Source: Balanoglossus misakiensis
Lineage: Eukaryota; Animalia; Hemichordata
DNA: 64,000 bases
Assembly (NCBI GenBank): GCA_040954595.2
Contig: CM082598.2
Coordinates: 744,001 to 808,000 of the forward strand
Direction of reading: 5' to 3'
Shown: positions 12,801 through 24,000 of the stretch, piece by piece
How the letters are laid out: every line of letters starts with the position of its first letter
Numbering within the stretch: position 1 is the stretch's first letter
Position numbers and translations under genes: made by a program
The notes under the pieces: model-generated
Databases searched by the model: none
The model's input: only the letters and a program-made list of their open reading frames with translations
Told to the model about the DNA's origin: nothing

Positions 12801-15800
12801 ACTGCAGTCGCCACGACCTACTAGGATCTTCAGTTGCTGCCATGCCCAGTCTACACTACAGTTGGCTGCTTCGTTCATTCTAAGAATGATCTAATTTGTT
12901 GTGGATGAATTGTAATGTTTATAAACAAACGCGGCGCAACAACCCCTTCACTTTAACCCCTCCCCCCCCCTTATTTCCCTGTAAAAAGTCCAGTTGCAGT
13001 GAAGAACAATGGAGTTGACTAAACTATGTAATTTTTCTTATCATTGCAGAAGAAAGATGGTATGCTGCATACAAGACATGTAACCGAAGAAATCACATCC
13101 ACAAATGAGTAAGTACCACTGCCACTATTTATGCTTACAGTGCTAGGGGGGCACAGATTCAAACTGATATAATTTTGGAGTATGAAATTCATATAGCCAG
13201 TTCTAAGGGGTCAACATGTTAAGAATGCAAATGTTCTTGGTACAAATAGTAATCATATAAAGACCAATTCTTTGTACAAACTGAAAGCAGATGTATGTTG
13301 TTCAGTTTTGTAGTGAATTCATGATGACTGACAATTTAAGGCTATCATTTTGATTTTGTATTCACAGTGCAATAGGAGGCCGATTTGAGCGGGATGCGTT
13401 TGATACACTCTTTGATCATGCTCCTGACAAACTCAGTGTCGTCAAAAAGGTAAATAAAACTGTACTACGTTCAGGAGTTTGACAGACTGCAGTATTTGAT
13501 ATGTTTATTAGGGGCCTTGATGGCCTATATACAAAAGCTGAGGAAGCAAATGAAATCAATCGTGTTAAAAGTAATGCCTGTCATGTCTGTGTGCAGATAT
13601 GTTTAAATAAGTTGATAGCTACATTTAGAACATTTAATGCTGTAATGTGATAGGAGCTTAGAGATAGACTTTCTTGACCACTATTTGAATGATCTCAAAT
13701 TGGGCAAACACATGATGTTTAAAATGTTTGGTAGTGTATACATTGCAGTATTAAAAGGATGTTCATAATGTCTTTATTTTCAGTCGCTGATCACTTTTGT
13801 AAACAAACATCTCAACAAGATCAACTTGGAAGTTACAGACTTGGATACACAAGTAAGTTTTTTTTCACATGGTTGTTTTAATCACACAGAGAGAGAGAGA
13901 GAGCTGTAAGTTGATCCTTTGTGCCATTATTTTGTTTGTCTCTTGACGTTATTATCATTATTGTAATTCCAATAACATCCATGAACATCTCTGTTTTTTC
14001 CCCCAGTTCTGTGATGGTGTCTATCTGATTTTGCTGATGGGACTATTGGAAGGATATTTTGTACCACTGTACTGTTATCATCTGACACCAACAACGTTTG
14101 AACACAAGGTAGGAGTTGAATATTGTTCATCTTTAATATATGTTTATGAAAAAACTGAATGGTGTCATTCATGTTACGTTCAATCAAGTGTCTTTCTCCA
14201 CATTGTACTATAGAAGTATGTGCCGTGAGTCAAGGAAGGAATAAGTAATACCATTGCTTTGGTAGCAAACAAAGTCTTGAGAGATCTTGCAATGAGCAGA
14301 AATTCCAGGTGTAATACTTACCGTTTCGTTCTTTAGGGTGAGTCTGAACCCCACTCTGTACAATGTATGTTAAACTGTTGCCACTTTGATTTGTTATAGG
14401 TGCATAATGTACAGTTTGCATTAGATCTGATGCAAGATGCTGGACTTCCTAAAGCCAAAGCCAGGCCAGAAGGTAAGATGAAATCCATTCATAGATGCTG
14501 TTATTTCTTGTAGATGATAGTGGGATGTACAGAAGTTTGGTCACACACACGCACGCACGCACACACACACACACACATTCACACCCTTCCATCCATATTA
14601 TAACTCACCATGCAGCGAACCCTCGATCGTGATTCGTCAATACGCCGTCATGTGACCTTTAGTCATTTCGAACTGTTCCCGAGGGCATCAGTTCGATCGG
14701 TTTCTGCCCGGTACTGTTGCCCTGTCTTGATATAATTCCGTGTTTGGTGTGTTTTAAAACACATGATGACTGACATATTCGGGCAACAGTGTATTTTTGA
14801 AGACCTCGGGACTGCCAGTCACACCAAAACAGTCTGTTTTCCCTCGGGCTATGCCCTCGGGAAAATAAGACTGTTGTGACTAGCAGCGCCCTTGGTCATC
14901 AAAATACACTGTTGCCCTCATTGTCAGTCATCATGTGTATATTGTGTCCCTGTTCTCAGTTGTGTTGAGTGCTTGTGTCAGGACCTGAGTGATTGTGTCA
15001 TCCGTCAAGATGCATAATGATTGACAGTATTTCAGTTATGTAGCAAGTCAAAGTATTCTTTTCTACATCCACTATAAAGTATAATCCAGATAATTCAATG
15101 TAGCAGATATGATACAGACTCCACTATCCTGCAAATTTCCATCAAAGACCTGATGTGATATTTCGTACTTTCTTGTTTTCCTTTGTGTCATTCTTTCGTT
15201 AATTTCTTCCTTCCTTCCTTCCTTGGTTTCCATAGATATTGCTCAGCTCCATATCAAATCCACCATGAGAACCCTCTACAACATTTTCACCAAATATAAA
15301 CAACTGTCTTGAACTATGAACTTTGACCTACCCCTCTCTTTTACCAGGTTCATTTTTATCCTTTCTTTGCCTTGGTTCTTGCATGATCTATATTTCCACT
15401 TGTTTGCTTTTCATTTAGTTTCAAACCTTTTTACTCCACCTTTCCTAATAGTTACTACAAGCTGTAGATTTAAAAAAAAGTTAGTACAGTGAGAAATAGG
15501 GCTTAATAAGTAACCACTGAGTCTTGATGATTGTGATACGTGCATTTTGATCAGATAACACCTGCTCTAACCATGCAATGCAGCTTCTCAGTAGCCAATC
15601 AACATTAAGTAAGCGTGCACATGGCAGTATGATCTCTAAGTTATCAGTACAGTGACAAGTGAAACTCGTTGTAACACACCTCGTCCACTATTACCTGACC
15701 AGGCAACAGTTCTCACAACTGTTACCTGGAAACCATTTGCACATGGGCATACGTGATGAAACGTGCAAAGGAACGATGATTGACAAACCCATGCATAGAT

Positions 15801-16138
15801 AATGAAGTGTGTTACAAATCACATATTGACCTGCCATATTCAGGTGACAGCATGATATCTGTCTCCCTTCAGACTATTATAGGGCAACAGCTATATGCTG
15901 TTGCCCTCATGGCCAGTCAATATGTGTATACTATTTTGTAAATACTACCCTCTAGTAGAGCACCTATTAATCTGGCTGTCCACTACACTTTACTAATAAA
16001 TAACAGAAACCAAAACATTAATGATCTTTCTAAGATTTTATTTTTCTTATTTTCTTCACAGATGTGGTTAATCTGGATTTAAAGTCAACGCTGAGGGTTC
16101 TTTATAATCTGTTTACCAAATATAAACATTTAGGGTAA
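9859..16138 (+). CDS. PARVB: Parvin (alpha/beta-parvin ortholog, two calponin-homology domains), 12 coding exons, 380 aa
   Basis: Exons 9859-10009, 10966-11061, 11344-11414, 11679-11781, 12158-12301, 12567-12682, 13050-13108, 13368-13449, 13784-13852, 14007-14108, 14400-14472, 16062-16138 sum to 1143 nt. Motifs: TIGRKKKVKEV, VLLDWINEEL..RIIVKDIEEDLFDGQVL, ERDAFDTLFDHAPDKL, DGVYLILLMGLLEGYFVPL and DVVNLDLKSTLRVLYNLFTKYK. The symbol marks the family; one-to-one orthology to PARVA versus PARVB is not resolved. Confidence 0.96.
14545..14577. repeat. (CA)n/(CACG)n microsatellite
   Basis: cacacacacgcacgcacgcacacacacacacacac. Confidence 0.9.
14759..14938. mobile_element. Fold-back / MITE-like palindromic element in the last parvin intron
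   Basis: Terminal arms ACACATGATGACTGACA / TGTCAGTCATCATGTGT. Inner arms GGGCAACAGTGTATTTT / AAAATACACTGTTGCCC, AGTCACA / TGTGACT and TTTTCCC / GGGAAAA. Related sequence extends left to about 14600. Confidence 0.8.
15236..15312 (+). CDS. PARVB: Parvin alternative terminal coding exon 12a (duplicate of exon 12b at 16062-16138)
   Basis: Long pyrimidine tract and CATAG acceptor at 15235. Same phase and same 77-nt length as 12b. Encodes (D)IAQLHIKSTMRTLYNIFTKYKQLS*. Confidence 0.85.
15820..15930. mobile_element. Shorter degenerate member of the same fold-back family
   Basis: CACATATTGAC ... GTCAATATGTG arms with internal AGGGCAACAG ... CTGTTGCCCT. Shares CTGTTGCCCTCAT with the 14759 element. 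A further fragment lies near 1881-1906. Confidence 0.7.
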
Positions 16139-17028
16139 TTAATAGTATTAAAAAATAATATTACATTTATTTTCTATTTTCAAATTGAACTCATTACAAA
16201 ATAATTACAATGTGAATTTTGTGACATGTCTTCCAATACATCACTTTCAATCAAGGAAACGTTGATTATAATAAGATTGATTATAGTTATACTGATGATG
16301 GCTGTTACGTGTTTTATGAAGCAGTGAGATTGATCGATTGAGTCTGTCACTTATATCATCAATATTGTTAATATCAATGGATTTTGGATGCAGTATTAAT
16401 GAAAACACAGGCACAGTGTCAACAAGATGTCAAAAAATGAACGCTGCAATATTGTGACATGGTTTTTAGCTGTATATTGTAAAAGCAAATAACACTCAAT
16501 CAAATCTTGTTATCTATCCAATTACAAAATCAGAATGTTTTATATGAACACAAAACTGTCTCTGAGTATTCATTTCACGAAGCACTGCCTTAAAAAGAAA
16601 TTGCTTTTCAAGTAAAAAATATATTTTGCATTTTACTGTATTTATATAGATTGTGTAGAGTTAGAATTTTTACTGCACTTTCCAGCTGAAAAAATTCAAG
16701 CTCTCTGTTATTCTCCAGTATCATTACGTTCAGCCTAAGTCAAGTTTTATAATTAGACACTTGTAATATAGATAGATCGTATATCTTTATATTATTCTAT
16801 ATCCAATCATACTTATTTATCTTTAGTTATCTGTTATATTATTGATACAATCATGATATGATTGGCCAATCTTTGTTATGCATGCTCAATTTTATTTTTA
16901 TTTAGAAAAAATATAGACAATTTTTGTTATAGATGTTAGCATTTTCCTCATGTTGCTTTTTGTTGATGGCAGATATGCATCACCTATAAGCTGAGGAAAG
17001 ACAGTTATATATTTGAGTAGTATTTTTA

Positions 17029-17140
17029 TTTGATAATACATTTGTTTTCATTTGATATTATACATTTGTTTTCATATGATAATACATTTGTTTTCATTTA
17101 ATATAATACATTTGTTTCCATTTGATATAATAAATTTATT
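17029..17140. repeat. AT-rich minisatellite, 21-24 bp unit TTTGATAATACATTTGTTTTCA, about 4-5 copies
   Basis: Direct repeats visible downstream of the parvin stop codon. Confidence 0.75.
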
Positions 17141-19499
17141 TTGGTTTTATATAATCAATTTGTGTTGATGGGCGTGTATGTGTGTGTGAATCCCTTCTGT
17201 GAGAAATGGAGTCTGATAGATTGCATGGCATGCTGTGTTCTTACATAGGTGTTTGTGATTCGTCAGGTTTTAGGCAATAGGATCTAGAAACAGATGAACA
17301 CCAGGTGTAGAAAGCTAAAAGACTTCATCTTCCAGCTTGGGCAGTTACTGGTAAGCTTTTAGTCTATATAAATATAGCACACCTTTTCAGAGTTCCGCAA
17401 AGATCATCTTTGTTTTGTGATCTGATCTAGAGTGGCTGACAATGGAAAGTTCATAGTCAGACACCGTAAGTAATTTTCACCTAACAAAGAAATCTTTGCT
17501 GAATACTCCTTTCTGGGTTACTAGGGAAACAACCAGGTTTCATTATCGTCACTGTCTTAAGGCTTTCATTAATGGTTTCCATGGTTCAATGTTGTGTCAT
17601 GTTCCTGCAGTAAGGTGAGTCACTGTGTGTCGTTGGGGGCGCCAATACATGCCCAAGCTGCTCTTTGTCATATCTCCATCGTCCTTTGTGTCAGTTCGAA
17701 ATTGTCAGCCGTATACCTTTGCACGGAGTGTGGATGATTTTCTTGAGTCATCACCAGTGAGTTTGTTGAGTTAGTCGTGTGTTATATGGGCTGAGAGGGC
17801 ACACTGCTTACAGACGTAAAATTCACACAAAGCTTTTACCCTTGTACTGTTCCCAGCACTGGTTGTAATTGTGTGTCTTATTTCATAATTTGAAGAAAGA
17901 ACAATCGTGATAAATAAGTGATCTCGCGATACATAAATTGCTCTAAACCCAGGCCCTGATATGTTTATTTTACATGTTCAATGACACCATTGTTCTGCAT
18001 CTGCAGAAATCTACGAAAAATTTCCCAGGGAAGACAGTGGAGATCTTCCTCCAATCAAAAATTAACGTTAACGAGTTCACTTCACATTTTCCAACCAGGA
18101 AATCACTTGCATTCCAGTCATTGTCCATTCTGTATCATAGCAACCATCCGTGGCAACCATGCATAGCAACACAAATAATTAATAAACTCCTATAACATAC
18201 CAGGATATACTGTCAATCAAAGTCTGTCTTTCTCAAAAGGCCTATTGCTGTTTTCTTGTTGCTATGGAAACAGTTTTGTCATCTGTGTGACCAATATTAA
18301 AACTATATATTATGGAGTGTAATATGAATTCTAAGCTATCCCATCAGTCATTTCTGGTCGAAGTGCTCTTAGTCTTACTAGAGAGTTGAAATTTTTGAAC
18401 ATAACACAGAGAGGTTTACCTTAAAATAACAGCTGCTGTAAAATGGATAAACTATCACATATTGTAAAGGAAACTTCTAAAAAATCCAAATTATAAACGA
18501 CTCCATAAAATGTATCTCAAATTCAGTTCCTTTGATTGGCTGTAAAATTACGTTATTCTGCTCATCGAGACATGCTTAAATGCTCACTTCAGTGTTACAA
18601 CCAGCCCAAAAGTTAACGAACAAACTTGATTTCCATAAAGTTGTTTATGATTAAAACACTTCATTTGTGAATTATGACATTTAGTACCAAATTTTGGAAT
18701 CATTTCTCAATCCTCCGCTAATGTTCGTTTCAGAATTTGAATCGGTATCACTTTAATTAATTTGCTGACCTTAATCAATGAAGCCATGTGACCAAGCTGT
18801 GGTGCCTTTTGCCAACATTCCTTGAAACACCTACGGTGTTGCTTGGCAACCTGTTCAGTAATTAGCAGAGAAGTTGAGCTCTGAAACTGCTTTGTTTAAT
18901 AGCTGTAAATAAGTTCACATTCTCACTGGATATGAATGCTAGCAAATGTGTCATTTGCCTGAGATTAAAATGCAGAAATACTTCTGTTGGTGTATATGTA
19001 TATTTGATAATTTGTTTGCAAACATTTTCACAATGGGTTTCTTGGTCTGAATCCAGTCCCAATGGCTGAGCCCCTGTTTATGAAATTGGTCTCGAGTCAC
19101 GGACGAGAGCCAATAGTGTGAAAAGAGGTGTGAGGTTGAATGACTATTCGCCCACTGAGAAAATTGTTTCTGACATCCGCAACAATCTTTTTTTATTGCA
19201 CTATGATTGTTAATCCACTCCATGTTTCAACTTGCATGTGATGCAGTCTGATCTTCTGAAATTGTCATAATCAACAGACATGTGTTAATATTTTGCAAGA
19301 ACAAATTGTTTTAATAGCCCTTTGTCATCATGCATGGGACCATCGACTGTCTGTGATGGGACTTTCTTCACCAATAATTTCCAGGGTAGAATAAAGACCC
19401 TGTAAAAAGTTTTAGAGAGATTTATGTAACTTGACCGGATCGGTAGCATCTTCATATCTTTAAAACTATTGCGTGATGTGAATTGTCAAAGTATAATTG

Positions 19500-21000
19500 C
19501 TGGTTGTCGATTTCGTCTGTGTGTTTGTTTCGCAAGCGATGACGCGCGCTTTCCCCACATCGCTATATATATCGCGTGTCCGGGGATGTTTTGGCGGTCT
19601 GGGTGCGGTAAACAGTTGATATCAGTGTATAACCAATGAAAGAGGGTGTACTAAATGTCATTTTACCCTAATGGATCATCAATTAGATCTTGTAACTTTC
19701 TTCGGAGGGGATGGTGATGTTTTGCTGACTTACTAAAGACAATCAATCGATTTTAAATACTTCAAACTCGAAAAATAATAAGGTAAATTCGAAATGGACA
19801 TTTTGTTCGCATCTGTGTCGATTTCATTATGTTTTTATTCTCTTTTTGTGGTAAGAATTTGTTATATTGTAACTTGAATGTGTATGCTACCCCTATTTGA
19901 AATGAAATCACCCGATAACCTTGTGAGGGTGTCAATTTGTTCTATCTGACTGGTGATTTTGCACACTTGGCAACAAGAAAATTGTATTTCAATCACATGT
20001 TCTTGTTGAAATTGGCGCCTTTACCTGACCTCCACGCCGATCAACGAACCCCCACACCTCTAGAAATTACCAAAACGTATACAAGGGCAAATTTGGGGAA
20101 ATATCCGCGTGCTTTTTAGAGCTCAAATCGCTACAGACTGCGAAAAACCTGGCCGTGTTTAGTAGCATGAGAAATGCAAATGAAATAGACATGAAGCACA
20201 TGTATAAAGAACTCCGCATCAGATTGGTCGTGTTCTGATGTCGCGAAGCTTTCTTGTTTCGTGACGATTTTATCTAATGAATTCAAATTTTAGCATCACA
20301 CATGTTGGTATGTCAAAAAGTGATCATATCGATTTTAACAGATTCCGCAGTGACTGATGTTTATTCAAATTCTCCCAAGTTGTATTGTTGTGGCCAAGCT
20401 CCGCCTACTGATTGGTTAATATGTAGTGGCTGAACCATTTGGCGACTGGCATACCTTTTATCATTCCATACATACCACACAGAAAGGGCTGAGGAACTCA
20501 ACAAAACTTCGTTAAAAGCTGTTTTTACTGCGAAAAACCGTTAACTACTATCGCCAGCCGGTGACTCGATAATTCACTTATACGTGAGATCGGTAAGTTA
20601 GGCGAAAATATGCATTTTAAGTCACTTTTGCATGATGGAATGAGTGTCACTCCGTCTGGAAATTCTCGCATCTTTCAAATTTTTGTCATTTTTCTAGGCA
20701 GGACTTCCGGGCCAGACTTTCAACTTAAACGTCCTGCACTTAAAATTAGCCCAAATCACCCCAAAACCAGATCAATTGACCACATACCAAATCTTTGACA
20801 TTCAGTATGTCACACGTTCATATGTTTCAGTCGGCTTGGTCGATTTTTTGGGTGAAATCCGCGGATTTTCAACAATTGGTTGTCAACGGTTGATCGGCGT
20901 CGCAAGTTGACTTTGTTGTGTGGTGTTGTTGTGAAATCTCGACTCCTAATCAACAAAGACGATTGAGAGATCGATATTCAGGTAAGATACCTGTGATTAA
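19500..21000 (+). promoter_or_regulatory. Probable TEAD promoter(s) and non-coding 5' exons
   Basis: CpG-rich relative to flanks. TATA-like TATATATA near 19564 and CCAAT/ATTGG boxes near 19633, 20223 and 20411. Strong donors G|GTAAGA at 19850, G|GTAAGT at 20592 and CAG|GTAAGA at 20981, with an acceptor TTTCAG at 20830. The first coding exon at 28172 begins with an acceptor, so an upstream exon is required. Confidence 0.55.
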
Positions 21001-24000
21001 CCGGTCTGTCCAGGACCATATATATAATATGACCGCGGAGAAGGGTTGGAATCGTCGAAAGACCAGCTGTGTAAAATATAAACAGAGATGATGTACATTT
21101 CAACGCGTGGATACTGACTTCGATTATTGCAAACAGACCAAGCCAAATTGTGCTTGGTGCAATGTGTCACCGCGCCCAACCATATCCTCCGTGACCCCGT
21201 TGACCTATTAAACGATGGTTTATCGCGTCAAGTTTTATCACATGTTGGGGTTGAAAAGTCGAAAAATGAGTCGGCGTGCGCGGAGAAATGAACATGCGAC
21301 CGAAACGTGTGCGGGTTGCCTATTGTTCTGCAAAAGTTATGGGTTTTGTCCGCGACAACTTGTTGTTTCAAACAGACCGAAATAGACAAGGCATCGCATT
21401 AAGAAATAGCCCTACTTATTTTCAGTTCGATACTAGCCTGAAGTGCCTTTGCTTGACTATTTATCGAACCGTAAACGTTTACCGCAGAATTGATTTGCTG
21501 TGATGGGTGTAAATGACGAGCGATCGCACGTTTTTGGACTGACTTCTCTTTGTGTGTAGTGATTCAAGCCAAGCTGCAGCGGGCGAATGGTGTGCCTATT
21601 TTCGAAACTCGTTTGCATATTACTATTGTATACAGCTGTCTCGGTTTCCCCTACAAAGAAAAACTTTTTGTTCGGGGTTTTCATCTGAATGGAGCTAGCA
21701 AGCCCGCTTGTTTTGGATGCCCTGTGAATGGACGGGCCATAACCATTGTTTACTGTATAGATTATTTCCGTCTGCGATGGCGCGGCGAAATCAACAATCA
21801 CAAACTTTGTGCAAATCCATCCTCTTTGCTTGCAACAGGTGTAAGGCGGCGATCGAAGCGTTGAGAGTGGTTTACCCAGACCTGTTATTCAACAGTTTTA
21901 CTGACTATTACTTCGTAATCAAGAGTGATAAATGAGTTTTATCTCTAGCTAATAAAGTTCTGGTAATATTCCCTGGCACAATCCTATTTTGATAACTGTA
22001 TAACTGTTTGCAACTATGTTGGCATGTCCACATCAGCAGGACAATTTTGTATTTGTGTGAAAATTTATAAATAGCTATTTTTACACAAATGGATTACTTA
22101 TATGGGTATTAATGTTATTGATTAATGGGACAGTAATATTCAGGTCACATTTTCCAGTGGGGTTAAAAAATGACTTTTTGGCGATGGCTGATTTCAGTCA
22201 CCTTTATGGTGAGTTGGTCAAATCTCCTTTCGTAATCAACGTCTCTTTCAAGCTAACCCATTCCAGTCGTGATGTTCCTGGAAATGCTTTTCACACAATT
22301 TCTGATCCACATAGCAAACTATATAGGCTTAGCAGTAGTTTTGATAATGCTATCCCGCTATACTTTATATTACCGAGGTTTCATAATTAACAATAATCAG
22401 CTGAGACTTTCATGTAATTCTTATTGAGGATTTTAATTTGTTTAGGCCATCACAGTACTGCTTCTCAGAATAAATAAATAAATTGATGTACCTTTGTTTC
22501 AATAGTGGAATGTGATTGATAGCTAAGCTATATTATTATTAATAAGAAATACATTACTTTCATTTCAAATAGGTCATAAATTTGATGCATGTATGTTTCA
22601 GTATAAGTTTGTTCAGTGTCATATATTAGTTCAGAGTTTAGAAAATATAGAATTACTTAACCTCTTGGATGCTGACTTATTCAAGTTATTGATTTTCAAA
22701 GGGAATTATTTCAAGAAAGATAACATAATCTTTTTAGATAAGAGCACAGGTGAGATACTCTATTCTTGGAAATTAGAACTTAAGTGATCAATTAATCTCT
22801 CGTTAGGCTGTTGCAGTTGGAAATATAAGAGCGTAGACATCTTAAAATAGTGCCAGTGAAAATACTGATCCACACATTAATGAAAATAACGTTAATATTG
22901 CTGTTAGTGACATTTTAATGTTGTTGACTTAACATCCATCCTTTAAATTATCCCTCAATTTATTGATGTGAATTTTGCTGGATTTTGTTGAACAGGTGTC
23001 TGATTTGCTTGTCTCTGGCAGTCAAGTTTGCTTGTCACATACTCAGATGCATCTAGATCTAATTGTGAAGGTAGTCAAAAATGATTCAAATTTGTCAAAA
23101 AGAAACCTAGTTTATGAATGTAAATGGTAAATAGAATCGAGTTTAAACGTAAGAAGGATTTCTATTAAATTTTTGAGTTACTGAAGTTACAGTGGAAATT
23201 TATTGTTTTGTCTTCAAAAGGTTGTTAAAGTCTAGAGAAAATAGTTTAGTTGTGCAGTCAGAGACTTATTTGCAGGTGATTTTGAGAAACAAGAATATTC
23301 AAACATTGTTGACTTGATACAATATTATATAGTTCACTTTCAGACAAATGTGTTGAAATCTGATAAGCAAGAGTTGTGTGTATCGCCCCTCCCATCGATT
23401 TGCAAAATTTTGCCGATCTTGTTTGTGCAGATGCACGTGCATGTGTGTCAGTGTACGTTAACAAAAAGGTCTTGTTCTGGATTTTGCTTGTAAAGAGAGC
23501 GGCATTATTCAACTCAAAAAAGTAGATGGAAGTTTTGGAAACGGCCCAACTAGTGTGGTGGGTTATTGATTGGCAAAACAATGAATGGTTTGTGTTTTGA
23601 TCTCTAAGGCTTGTAAATGATTTGGTTGGGTTGATCTTTCGACTTGACTGTTTTGTTTGTTTATCTGGGATGTGGTGGGGTGTATGAGACCTGTGTGTAT
23701 GTGTACTGTATCTGGGAAATATCCCATGCTTTGGGGAATGCGTCCCCTATTGAGCAGGAAGTTAGTAAGACTTGACTGGACGCCTGGAGTCTAGTCGCCA
23801 CTTGGTTGGGTCGGTAAACTTTGTACTATCAGCAAGCTATGCCTAAAGTCATCGAGTCAGTAGAAGTGGCCAAAGTTTAGTTCAATCGGAAATGGAGCAA
23901 ATCTGATTTGCAGTAACTTGTGCCTCTGGCAAATGATACAATGTGACCTTGGTTTAGAATATTGTTTTTTCAAGAAGCTGATGATTGATAGTGTTTTGAA

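Noticed and set aside
17334-17470. Exon-like segments with AG/GT boundaries downstream of parvin
   Set aside because: The 17391-17465 segment has stops in all three frames and the implied upstream intron is only about 39 nt; unsupported without transcripts.
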